Of a stretch of 64,000 nucleotides of DNA, positions 8,423 through 17,604 are shown piece by piece. The DNA comes from an uncultured Acidobacteriota bacterium (GTDB lineage: Bacteria > Acidobacteriota > Terriglobia > Acidiferrales > UBA7541), in the NCBI GenBank assembly GCA_963784015.1, contig CAWAPX010000023.1:190229-254228 (forward strand), written 5' to 3'. The stretch's first letter is position 1, and the number at the start of each line of letters is the position of its first letter. The translations under genes and the position numbers were made by a program. The notes beneath the pieces are model-generated. The model searched no databases, was not told the origin of the DNA, and saw only the letters and a program-made list of their open reading frames with translations.

Positions 8423-9580
8423 TCACTTTGCCGAGAATTTGTAAATCGTTTCCGAATGAAATTTCATCCCCGGCTTCAATTCCGCGGATGGAAAATTAGG
8501 CCGGTTCGGCGAGTCTGGATAGTGCTGCGTCTCGAGACATATCGCGCCGTATTTTTGATAAGCGACTCCGCCTATCCCCTTGATACTCCCGTCCAAGCCG
8601 ATCGCGGAATAGAACTGCACGCCCGGCTCGGTAGTCCACACTTCTATCTGCCTTCCCGACGCAGGGTCTGTCACGCGTGCGGCAATACGCATCGTTCCAG
8701 CCTTCCCGTTCAGGACAAAGTTGTGGTCGTAACCACCGATCCCTTTGATCTCCCCGATGTGCAACCCGATCTCCGTAGGTTTCCGAAAATCCAGCGGCGT
8801 ATTCTCGACACTCGCGATTTCGCCCGTTGGGATAAGCGTCGAATCCACCGGGGTATATTTGTCCGCGTTCAGATAGAGGACGTACTTCAGAATGTTCCCA
8901 GAGCCGTCGCCCGAAAGATTGAAATAGCTGTGGTTCGTCAGGTTCACAACCGTGTCTTTGTCGGTCTCCGCGGAGTATTCCAGTTTGATCTCGTTCGAGT
9001 TCGTCAGTGTGTAAGTCACGCTTGCCGTCAGGTTCCCGGGGAAGTTTTCTTCGCCATCCTTGCTCAAATAAGTGAACTTCACCGCCGAACCGTCCTTCAC
9101 TTCGAGCTGCTCCGCTTTCCACACTCGCTTGTCAAAACCGGCGGGGCCTCCGTGTAAACTGTTGGGACCATTGTTAGTCGCCAACTGATACTCTTTGCCA
9201 TCGAGCGTGAATTTCCCTTTCGAAATCCGGTTCCCGTAGCGCCCGATCGTCGCGCCAAAGTAGGGGTGGGGACCCTTAACATAGGCTTCCAAATTGTCGA
9301 AGCCGAGCACCACGTCGCCCATCTTGCCGTTCCTATCTGGAACGTGGAGTTCCGTCAGCGTCGCGCCGTAGGTGATAATCTTTGCCGAGGCCCCCTGCGT
9401 GTTGTAAAGGGTGAAAGCCTCGATCACTGTCCCATCCGGCATCTTCCCAAACTCTGCTTTATCCACATGCGCACCCTTTTTGGCAGCCGTCTGAGCTTCT
9501 CCCCCGGGCGACGACGACGCAAACTCCGGACCGAAAGCCATTAGAAACGCCAGCATGCAGATTCTCCCCCTGAGCACCAT
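8423..9580 (-). CDS. galM: Aldose 1-epimerase (galactose mutarotase), secreted
   Basis: 385 aa with an N-terminal signal peptide. Mutarotase segments are GATIGRYGNRI, NNGPNSLHGG, TNHSYFNL and ICLETQHYPDSPN. Confidence 0.9.
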   Translation of the reverse strand: MVLRGRICMLAFLMAFGPEFASSSPGGEAQTAAKKGAHVDKAEFGKMPDGTVIEAFTLYNTQGASAKIITYGATLTELHVPDRNGKMGDVVLGFDNLEAYVKGPHPYFGATIGRYGNRISKGKFTLDGKEYQLATNNGPNSLHGGPAGFDKRVWKAEQLEVKDGSAVKFTYLSKDGEENFPGNLTASVTYTLTNSNEIKLEYSAETDKDTVVNLTNHSYFNLSGDGSGNILKYVLYLNADKYTPVDSTLIPTGEIASVENTPLDFRKPTEIGLHIGEIKGIGGYDHNFVLNGKAGTMRIAARVTDPASGRQIEVWTTEPGVQFYSAIGLDGSIKGIGGVAYQKYGAICLETQHYPDSPNRPNFPSAELKPGMKFHSETIYKFSAK

Positions 9581-9816
9581 TCCGCCCCTCCTCTACCCTC
9601 GACAACGTTAGAATGCATCGATTCTTCCTCACGCCTTGTATCACAAAAATTCATCAATCGCGAATCTTGTCCTTATTTTTCTTAGACTTGCCGAATATGG
9701 ACTGCCCGGCTTTGCAATCCCTGTGGTTTGCAAAGGCCATTGACAACCTCGGAGCCAGGGTGCCAATGTTCCCCCGAACAATCGCCCCAAATTAACGTTA
9801 TCGTACACGGAGTTCC

Positions 9817-12192
9817 ATGATTTTCATGCGACCAATTTCTTTTTTGCATGCTTACAAGTACATCTCCCTCCTGGCCGTCCTAGTTTTGATGGCGGCAGCC
9901 TCCCCGCTTCATGCCCAGTGGGTGCCCCTCAATCCCGTAAATTCGGTGGAGCAGCAGCCTGACGGAGTCGTGCTCGTTCTTCAAACGGGATTCCTGCGAT
10001 TCCAGGTCTGCTCGGGCTCCATCGTTCACGTCGTTTATTCCATCGAGCGTGATATCCCTCAGCGCCCCGACAATCTCATCGTCAAAAAATCCTGGGCGAA
10101 AGCCGACTTCGCTCTCCACACGGATGATCCAAAACTCATCACTCTCACTACCGCCCAACTCAAAATCGAAATCACGCGCGCCGATAGCTCAATCATCTTC
10201 TACGACTCCACTGGTCACAAACTCACGCAAGAAAACACCCGCACGCTCACGCCAACCGAAGTCAACGGCGAGAAAACCTATCACTCCGAGCGTTTCGTCA
10301 ATATGTGGGACACACAGGAGGCATTCTACGGCTTAGGCCAGCATCAAGCCGGCGTCTGGAACTATCGCGGCGAATCCATCGACATCTCGCAAGACAACAC
10401 AAACATCTCCATTCCTTTCCTTCTCTCAAGCAATGGCTACGGCATCTTCTGGAACAACGGCTCGCGCAGCAAATTCACGAATCGCTTCGTCCACGCCTTT
10501 TACCTAAGCTCAGAAGTTTCCGACTCGATGGACTATTACTTTTTTTACGGGCCCGACTTTGACCGCCTCATCGCCGACTACCGCGAACTCACCGGCACAG
10601 CGCCCCTCTTCGGCAAATGGGCCTACGGCTACTGGCAATGTAAAAACCGCTACGACTCGCAGCAAGAACTTCTCGCCATCGCGCAAAAATACCGCGACCT
10701 GCAAATCCCGCTAGACAACATCGTCCAAGACTGGTTCTGGTGGAACACCATGGGCGAGCCCATCTTCAACAAAAACTATCCCGATCCCAAAGGCCTGATC
10801 GATGCGCTCCACAAAAACAATGTCCACCTGATGATTTCCGTCTGGCCTTATTTCCGCCCCGGCTCACCTGTCTATGACGACATGGACAAGCGCGGATATT
10901 TCATCGCCAAGACCGTCGCGCCAAGTTTTCATCCTGTCGCGCAGGCCCTCTACGATCCGTTCAATCCAGAAGCTCGCAAATACTATTGGAACCTCATGAA
11001 TAACGCGCTCTTCAAAATCGGCGCGGACGCCTGGTGGCTGGACACCACGGAAGCCGAAACCGAAGGTCGTGAAACCAATATTCTCGTCACCAACAAAATT
11101 AATCACGGCGAAAATGGCGCGCGTTACGCGAACGAATTTCCGCTCATGACCACCACCGCAGTCTACGAAGGCCAGCGCGCCGCCTCCGACAAAAAGCGCG
11201 TCTTCATTCTCTCCCGCTCTGCGTATGCGGGATCTCAACGCAACGCCGCTGCCGTCTGGTCCGGCGACGTCGATCCCAATTGGGAAACTTTCCGCCGTCA
11301 AATTCCCGCCGGCCTCAACTATTCCGTGTCCGGCCTCCCCTACTGGACCACCGATATCGGCGGCTTCGTCTCCGCTAATCCTAACGATCCCGCCTACCGC
11401 GAGCTCTACATCCGCTGGTTCCAGTTCGGCACCTTCTGCCCTATCTTTCGAGCTCACGGTACGCGCACAACAAATCAAAATGAAATTTGGTCCTACGGCC
11501 CCGACGCGCAGAAAACTCTCACCGCCTACGACAACCTCCGTTACCGCCTGATGCCTTACATCTATTCGCTAGCCTGGAAAACAACGAGCGAGGGTTACAC
11601 CATCATGCGGCCCTTAGTCATGGACTTTCGCGAAGACACCCGCGCGCAAAATATCGGCGACCAATTTTTATTCGGCCCCGCGATCCTCGTAAATCCCGTC
11701 ACCGAGCCCGGTGCCGCCACTCGCCGTCTCTATCTGCCTAATGCAAAGTGGTACGACTTCTGGACCGGCGCCGCAATTCAAGGCGGCCGCATGCTGGACG
11801 CTCCATCACCGATCGATCGCATGCCGCTCTACGTCCGCGCGGGCTCCATCGTTCCGCTCGGTCCCGACCTCCAATACGCCGCCGAAAAATCCGCCGATCC
11901 CGTCGAACTTCGCGTCTATCGCGGCGCAAACGGCGCGTTCACTCTCTACGAAGACGAAAACGACTCTTACGACTACGAAAAAGGCGTCCACGCCACGATT
12001 CCCTTTTCATGGGACGAGGGCGCTCGCACTCTCACCATCGGCGATCGCACCGGCACATTTCCAGGCATGCTGGAAAAGCGCACCTTCCACGTCGTCTTTG
12101 TCACCGAAAATCACGGCGTCGCCGGCGACTTAACTGGAAACGCGGACAAAACCGTGGAGTACTCAGGAAAGAAAATCACAGTAACGCCATAA
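9817..12192 (+). CDS. Glycoside hydrolase family 31 (alpha-xylosidase/alpha-glucosidase type), secreted
   Basis: 791 aa with a signal peptide ending LHAQ. GH31 hallmark segments are YGYWQCKNRY, DNIVQDWFWW, GADAWWLDTTEAE (nucleophile region), YWTTDIGGF and RWFQFGTFCPIFRAHG. The alternative start is ATG 9826. Confidence 0.85.
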   Translation: MIFMRPISFLHAYKYISLLAVLVLMAAASPLHAQWVPLNPVNSVEQQPDGVVLVLQTGFLRFQVCSGSIVHVVYSIERDIPQRPDNLIVKKSWAKADFALHTDDPKLITLTTAQLKIEITRADSSIIFYDSTGHKLTQENTRTLTPTEVNGEKTYHSERFVNMWDTQEAFYGLGQHQAGVWNYRGESIDISQDNTNISIPFLLSSNGYGIFWNNGSRSKFTNRFVHAFYLSSEVSDSMDYYFFYGPDFDRLIADYRELTGTAPLFGKWAYGYWQCKNRYDSQQELLAIAQKYRDLQIPLDNIVQDWFWWNTMGEPIFNKNYPDPKGLIDALHKNNVHLMISVWPYFRPGSPVYDDMDKRGYFIAKTVAPSFHPVAQALYDPFNPEARKYYWNLMNNALFKIGADAWWLDTTEAETEGRETNILVTNKINHGENGARYANEFPLMTTTAVYEGQRAASDKKRVFILSRSAYAGSQRNAAAVWSGDVDPNWETFRRQIPAGLNYSVSGLPYWTTDIGGFVSANPNDPAYRELYIRWFQFGTFCPIFRAHGTRTTNQNEIWSYGPDAQKTLTAYDNLRYRLMPYIYSLAWKTTSEGYTIMRPLVMDFREDTRAQNIGDQFLFGPAILVNPVTEPGAATRRLYLPNAKWYDFWTGAAIQGGRMLDAPSPIDRMPLYVRAGSIVPLGPDLQYAAEKSADPVELRVYRGANGAFTLYEDENDSYDYEKGVHATIPFSWDEGARTLTIGDRTGTFPGMLEKRTFHVVFVTENHGVAGDLTGNADKTVEYSGKKITVTP

Positions 12193-12467
12193 GTCACTAA
12201 CTCCAATCCAGCGTTCCGCTCCCATCCATTAAATTTTCGGCCATCTTCACTAACACAAAGCCCTCACCCAGTAACGAGATATTCATTCCAAATTCACAGC
12301 ATTGTAATTTTCGATTTTACTCTCCTCTCTCTGGTCGCCATACTCTCGCCAACCTGTCGGGCGTGCCAGGAGATATCCACAGGCTGGCGCTCGATTTACA
12401 AACCGCGGGTGTGATACATCCGTGGCAAGGGCCGGGGCGGTTGAATCTAACGTGGGGGTGTATCGAG

Positions 12468-15400
12468 ATGAAAAAAATCGTACAGCGCATCCTGTGTTGT
12501 CTGAGTCTTCTTTGTCTGCTTACCTTACCTGCGCACGCGCAGGAAAATCTCGGATCAATCAATGGCACGGTGACAGACAGTTCCGGCGGCGTAATACACG
12601 AGGCCACGGTCAAGATCCACAATCTGGCCACCGGTTTGGAAGAAACGGCCACCACAAACTCAGACGGCTCGTTCCATTTCACCGATCTCCCCATCGGCAC
12701 CTATAGCGTGACTTTCTCTCGCGATAGTTTCAAAACCGAGTTCCACTCGCAAATTCTCGTGCAGGGCAATCGCACTACAACCATAAACGGCTCCTTGCAG
12801 CCTGGCGAAGTAAACGTGACCGTGACTGTTAATGGCACTCCTTTGATGAACCAGACCGACACCACCAACGGCTACGTCATCGATCATCAGATCATTGAGG
12901 ACACACCACTCGGCACTGGCAGCTTCACCCAACTGGCGATTCTGAGTCCGGGCGTTCACGCGGATTTTCTAGGCGGTGCGGGCTCGAACTCTGGCCTTGG
13001 CAATCAAGCTATTTTCGCCAATGGAAACCGGGACACCAGCAATAGTTTCTCTTTAAACGGCACAAGTACGAACAACCTGTTTAACGGTAACTCCACCAGC
13101 CAGGTCGGAGAGAATCGTTTCGTCCTCAACACTGGTGAAAACTTTGGCTCGGGCGGCGGGATCCAGACCAGCACATCGGTTTATGGAGCGATTGGTCAGG
13201 CTCTCCCGACTCCTCCTCCGGATGCCATCCAGGAAATCGCCGTCAACGCTTCGATGTATGACGCCACGCAGGGTAACAACAGCGGTGCGCACATTAGCGT
13301 GCTTACGAAATCGGGCACGAATGCCATTCATGGTTCGGTCTGGGAGCAGTTCCAGAACAGCGCTATGAATGCAAACCTGTTCTTCTACAACGCGGCCGGG
13401 ATTCCGGCCCCTTTCCTCAATCGAAACCAGTTTGGCGCCACGATGGGCGGCCCGATTAAGAAAGACAAACTCTTCTTTTTCGGCTCTTATCAGGGGGTCC
13501 GCATTGCCGATGGGGAGTCTTCCACCAAGGACGTCACCGTGCCATTCGCCCTGACAAATGATCGCAGCGCACAGGGCATCACGAACATGATGAATGCAAC
13601 ATATTGCAGTGCTACTCCTATGCCCTCAGGGTGTCCCTTCCTGTCGAGCCAAATCAATCCGGCTGCGATGAATCTCTTGAATGCCAAGCTTCCCAATAAT
13701 CAATTTTTGATTCCCAGTCCGAATCTGGGGCTCAGCGCCACGCAAGCCCAGACGCTCGGCTTCGATGCAGTTGCGCAAGGGCCCAACTCGCAGTCAACAG
13801 TTAATCAGGCCATTGGCAGCATCGACTATCAGATCAACGCCAAGGATCGTTTGAGCGGCAAGTATTACTTTCAGAGCGATCCAACCACTAATCCGTTCGG
13901 CGCCGTCGGTTCCCTGCTGGGCTTTTCGCAGCAGCTTGAGGCAGGCAGCCAGGTCGTTTCCCTGTCCAACACCTGGATCATCTCCCCAAATCTCACCTGG
14001 GAGCAGCACTTTGGCTTCACGCGCATGCGCGCCTATGCGAACACGGAACAGGGCTTCACGCCGGGTTCCATGGGCATCAGTCTGTTGGGATCGGCGACGT
14101 TCCCACAATTTGATATCAAAACTGCGGATCCGCAAATCGCTACTGGATTGGAGTTCGGCCCTAGCACCAGCTTTGGCGATGCCGGCATGTTTCAGAATCA
14201 ATGGGGAGGCGGAACCTCGCTGAATCTGCTGAAAGGTAAACACACCATCAGTTTCGGTGGGCAGGTGGACCGCACCCAGCTGAATGTCATCAACAATAAC
14301 ACCAACACGGATACGCTCAATTTCACATCCTTCGAGACCTTCGTGGAAGGGAGCGTACGCAGCGGAACGGCATTCGCAGGTTCGGCGGACCGCTATTACA
14401 GATCTACTACCTCTGGTCTCTTCGTCAACGATAACTACAAGCTTCGCAGCAACCTGACCTTAACTGGCGGCCTACGATGGGATATCGACGGGCCGCTTTC
14501 GGAAAAGTATGGCCGCCTCACCGCCTTCGATCCATCCAAATACAGCTACACACAGTGCACAATTAACGGAACTCCCGCAGATCCTACTACGAGTACTCCA
14601 TGCGACGCTGGGACGGACGTTATCAACAACTCCGGCTTGGAAATTGCCGGCAATAACAAAACTGCCGCCACGCCTGGAGCCAGCAACTCTTTGATGAAAA
14701 ACCACCAGTGGGGCTTCGCTCCGCGCATCGGCGTCGCCTGGGCGCCGCTTACGAAACTGACTGTGCGCGCTGGTTACGGCATGTACTTTGATCGCGGCGA
14801 GCTTTTCAGCTACCTGTCCCCAAGTGCCGGTTCCGGCTTTAACGGCCCGTTCGGTGTGACATTGGCGCCTCCTTTCGTCCAACCGGTTTCCGCCGCAGCG
14901 AACGCGAACCTTTCGGCTCCGTTTGGCACGGTTGCGCCGCCGCCGCCGCCGGCAACCGCAGCTGCTTTTCTCGCCTCATTGCCCAACCTGTCGCAAACCG
15001 CGTGCGGTTTCCCCGGCTGCTGGCCGACGGGTAACCTCTTTGGCCCCTTCTTGTTTGGCGGCTATGACATCCATAACAAATTGCCTTATACGCAGAACTG
15101 GACCTTGGACCTTCAATACGAGCTCTCCAACACGTGGATGTTTGAAGTTGGATATGTTGGCAATCACGGGACGCATGAAGTGCTGCCCATTCCCTTCAAT
15201 CAACCGGAAATCGCCACGCCCACAAGCCCCGTGAATGGCCAGATCTACTCCTACGGTGGGACGAGCCCGCTGGAACTTGATAATGAGCCCGTTTTTACGA
15301 ACCAGTTTTCCGGTAACGCGCCAATCCGCGTTCCCTATCCAGGGTACGACATGAACTCGGTGCTTTACGAAGCCGAGGGTATTTCCAATTACAGCGCTCT

Positions 15401-16217
15401 CCAGGTTCAGGTGCATAAGCGGTTGTCTTACGGACTCCAGCTAACCGGTTCCTATACCTGGTCGCACTCTCTGGATGATCAAAGCGGACTAGGTCTTTTT
15501 TTCACGGGCAACAATCCGCTAACTCCCCATGCCAACTATGCTTCGTCGGACTTCGATCAAACGCACGTTTTCCTTGTGAACTACAGCTACACGATCCCAA
15601 CCCTCGTTAAGAGCCATGCTTTAGGGTATGTGGTCAACGGCTGGGTAATCGGAGGACAGACTGTGGCCGAGAGCGGCCAGCCTTATAGCGTCTATGATTT
15701 CTCGGGTTCGGTGGCCAGCATGTACCTCGGCACGAGCGACTATATCGGGAATCCCATCGTGCCCCTTAAACCGGGCGTAACGCCCGGGCAGGCGAAACTG
15801 CAAGGCACGCTCGGTGTCAATCCAGGCACGCCTGTGCTCAATGCAGCCGATTTTGCACCGCAATTTCTCGCGCCTGGTACCAACGGTGTGCCTCCCTGCG
15901 ATGCCTCCGGATGCGATGAGTTCGAGTCCCTGTACGGCACTTCCGGCCGAAACCTTTTCCGGGGTCCTTTCCAGGTCCGCTTCGATATGAGTTTGGCCAA
16001 GCAATTCCCCATCAAAGAGCGGTTCCAGCTACGCTTTGAAGCGGACGCGTTTAATATGTTCAACCATCCGGATTTCGACGCGCCGAATAACAACGTCGAA
16101 TTCTTCCCGAACTTTGAAGGTCCTCCTTCGATCCCGCCAGCGGGCAGCCTGGGAATTATTCAACACACGATTGGGAGTCCGCGGTTCCTGCAGTTGAGCC
16201 TGCATCTCACCTTCTGA
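12468..16217 (+). CDS. TonB-dependent receptor with N-terminal carboxypeptidase-regulatory-like domain
   Basis: In-frame ATG 12468 gives the signal peptide MKKIVQRILCCLSLLCLLTLPAHAQ. This is followed by GSINGTVTDSSGGVIHEATVKIHN...SDGSFHFTDLPIGTYSVTF (CarboxypepD_reg-like), then a long Gly/Asn/Ser-rich beta-barrel that ends in the aromatic terminus LSLHLTF. The track start 12363 adds a non-signal extension. Confidence 0.85.
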   Translation: MKKIVQRILCCLSLLCLLTLPAHAQENLGSINGTVTDSSGGVIHEATVKIHNLATGLEETATTNSDGSFHFTDLPIGTYSVTFSRDSFKTEFHSQILVQGNRTTTINGSLQPGEVNVTVTVNGTPLMNQTDTTNGYVIDHQIIEDTPLGTGSFTQLAILSPGVHADFLGGAGSNSGLGNQAIFANGNRDTSNSFSLNGTSTNNLFNGNSTSQVGENRFVLNTGENFGSGGGIQTSTSVYGAIGQALPTPPPDAIQEIAVNASMYDATQGNNSGAHISVLTKSGTNAIHGSVWEQFQNSAMNANLFFYNAAGIPAPFLNRNQFGATMGGPIKKDKLFFFGSYQGVRIADGESSTKDVTVPFALTNDRSAQGITNMMNATYCSATPMPSGCPFLSSQINPAAMNLLNAKLPNNQFLIPSPNLGLSATQAQTLGFDAVAQGPNSQSTVNQAIGSIDYQINAKDRLSGKYYFQSDPTTNPFGAVGSLLGFSQQLEAGSQVVSLSNTWIISPNLTWEQHFGFTRMRAYANTEQGFTPGSMGISLLGSATFPQFDIKTADPQIATGLEFGPSTSFGDAGMFQNQWGGGTSLNLLKGKHTISFGGQVDRTQLNVINNNTNTDTLNFTSFETFVEGSVRSGTAFAGSADRYYRSTTSGLFVNDNYKLRSNLTLTGGLRWDIDGPLSEKYGRLTAFDPSKYSYTQCTINGTPADPTTSTPCDAGTDVINNSGLEIAGNNKTAATPGASNSLMKNHQWGFAPRIGVAWAPLTKLTVRAGYGMYFDRGELFSYLSPSAGSGFNGPFGVTLAPPFVQPVSAAANANLSAPFGTVAPPPPPATAAAFLASLPNLSQTACGFPGCWPTGNLFGPFLFGGYDIHNKLPYTQNWTLDLQYELSNTWMFEVGYVGNHGTHEVLPIPFNQPEIATPTSPVNGQIYSYGGTSPLELDNEPVFTNQFSGNAPIRVPYPGYDMNSVLYEAEGISNYSALQVQVHKRLSYGLQLTGSYTWSHSLDDQSGLGLFFTGNNPLTPHANYASSDFDQTHVFLVNYSYTIPTLVKSHALGYVVNGWVIGGQTVAESGQPYSVYDFSGSVASMYLGTSDYIGNPIVPLKPGVTPGQAKLQGTLGVNPGTPVLNAADFAPQFLAPGTNGVPPCDASGCDEFESLYGTSGRNLFRGPFQVRFDMSLAKQFPIKERFQLRFEADAFNMFNHPDFDAPNNNVEFFPNFEGPPSIPPAGSLGIIQHTIGSPRFLQLSLHLTF

Positions 16218-16252
16218 AACAGCCAACATTCAATTTAAGTTTGGTTGAACCC

Positions 16253-16284
16253 ACGGGGTCACTTCTGCGGCCCCGTATTCTTTT
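16253..16284 (+). terminator. Rho-independent terminator after the TonB-dependent receptor
   Basis: An 8-bp stem ACGGGGTC/GGCCCCGT (one G-U pair) with an 8-nt loop, followed by ATTCTTTT. It lies 36 nt after the stop codon. Confidence 0.6.
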
Positions 16285-16405
16285 CAAGTGAATGATTCTG
16301 GCGGCGAGAATGCGTCCACGCTAAGCAGCTTTGGCAAAGCGAAATGTTTTGCTTGACGCGGTCAGAGTCGAGGACTAGGCTCGCGCCAACTGGTCGGGGG
16401 CCTTC

Positions 16406-17506
16406 ATGCGTTATTTCCACGGAGGGGCCCGGAAGTTGGTACACGTGCGGGCTCAGGTGCGAGCCCAAGCCCAAGGATACCCTCGACTAAGCCTCCCCCA
16501 ACTGTGTAAGAGCACTTCGTATTTTTTCCTGCTGATAGTGTCTTCCGTTTCGTTTGCCCTACCGGCTTGGTGTCAAGACAGTGGAAGCGAAGTAAACGAG
16601 TTTCACGGAAAGGGATCGGAAATTACCGTGAACGTGCGTGACAGTTCGGGAGAGCCGATCTCCACGGCGGCAATGGTGAAACTCTATCGAGACGGAACGA
16701 CCTTGAGCAGGCAAGGAGAGACCTCCCGCGGAAGCGCGGTGCTGGTCGTAAATAATGTTGGTGAATTTACAGTGATAGTCGAGGCAGCCGGATACGAGAG
16801 CGCGCAGAAACAAGTGTCGGTACAAGTTTCAGGACGAACGCAGGTGGATGTCTTTCTGCGGAAGCTTTTGCCAGCCGGTAGTTCAGTGGGAGTTCCGGGG
16901 AGACCCGTGCTCGCACCAAAGGCGAAGCAAGCTCTCGATAAAGGATTGCTGGCGCTGAGCTCGGACAATATCGGTGAAGCGGAAAAGTATATCGGCGAAG
17001 CGATGCGGCTCGCGCCTAGCCATCCTGACGTGTTGTACGTGCAAGGAGTGTTGCACCTGAAACAACGCAATTGGACGCAGGCGCAAGACGTACTAGAAAA
17101 AGCTACGCGGATTGATCCGAGTCATGCGCGGGCTTTTGCGGCACTGGGGATGGCTCTTTGCGATCAAGGGAAATGCGATGCGGCGATCGTCCCACTCGAG
17201 AAGTCGGTACAGTTGGATCCTGGCGGAGCGTGGGAGACACGCTGGATGCTGGCAAAAGTGTATTACCAGAACGCGCGATATGACGAGGCGCTGAAAATGT
17301 CGCAGGACGCTCTCGCGGCGTCGAACGGGAAAGCGCCGGAGATCTCCCTGCTGGAGGCCCAATCGCTGACGGCGGTGGGGCGCTACGAGGATGCAGCGCA
17401 GGCGTTGCGCGAATTTGTTAGAGATCACGGAGATCGGCGCGAAGCAGCCACCGCGCGGAAGTGGCTAGAACGGCTCGCCGCTAGCGGTAAGATCCCGGCG
17501 AACTAA
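16406..17506 (+). CDS. TPR-repeat protein with N-terminal carboxypeptidase-regulatory-like beta-sandwich
   Basis: 366 aa with a hydrophobic signal-like segment (YFFLLIVSSVSFALPAWC). The beta-sandwich segment is ITVNVRDSSGEPIS...VGEFTVIVEAAGYES. Several TPR-like repeats follow (AEKYIGEAMRLAPSHPDVLYVQGVLHLKQRNWTQAQ...). The start codon is uncertain. Confidence 0.65.
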   Translation: MRYFHGGARKLVHVRAQVRAQAQGYPRLSLPQLCKSTSYFFLLIVSSVSFALPAWCQDSGSEVNEFHGKGSEITVNVRDSSGEPISTAAMVKLYRDGTTLSRQGETSRGSAVLVVNNVGEFTVIVEAAGYESAQKQVSVQVSGRTQVDVFLRKLLPAGSSVGVPGRPVLAPKAKQALDKGLLALSSDNIGEAEKYIGEAMRLAPSHPDVLYVQGVLHLKQRNWTQAQDVLEKATRIDPSHARAFAALGMALCDQGKCDAAIVPLEKSVQLDPGGAWETRWMLAKVYYQNARYDEALKMSQDALAASNGKAPEISLLEAQSLTAVGRYEDAAQALREFVRDHGDRREAATARKWLERLAASGKIPAN

Positions 17507-17604
17507 AATCGCGGCGGCTTCGGGGCGCGACTCTCTCGTCAGAACGTCTAAGCGAGCGGAATGTGCGAGCATCTCGCTCTCTCCAGATGCAATGAGGTTC
17601 CGCG

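Noticed and set aside
12363-12467. The upstream start of the TonB-dependent receptor given by the ORF track.
   Set aside because: The extra 35 residues are not signal-like. ATG 12468 yields a canonical signal peptide directly followed by the CarboxypepD_reg domain.
14934-14952. A (GCC)n trinucleotide run inside the TonB-dependent receptor gene.
   Set aside because: It has about five units, is in frame and encodes a Pro/Ala stretch in a loop. It is too short to argue for phase variation.
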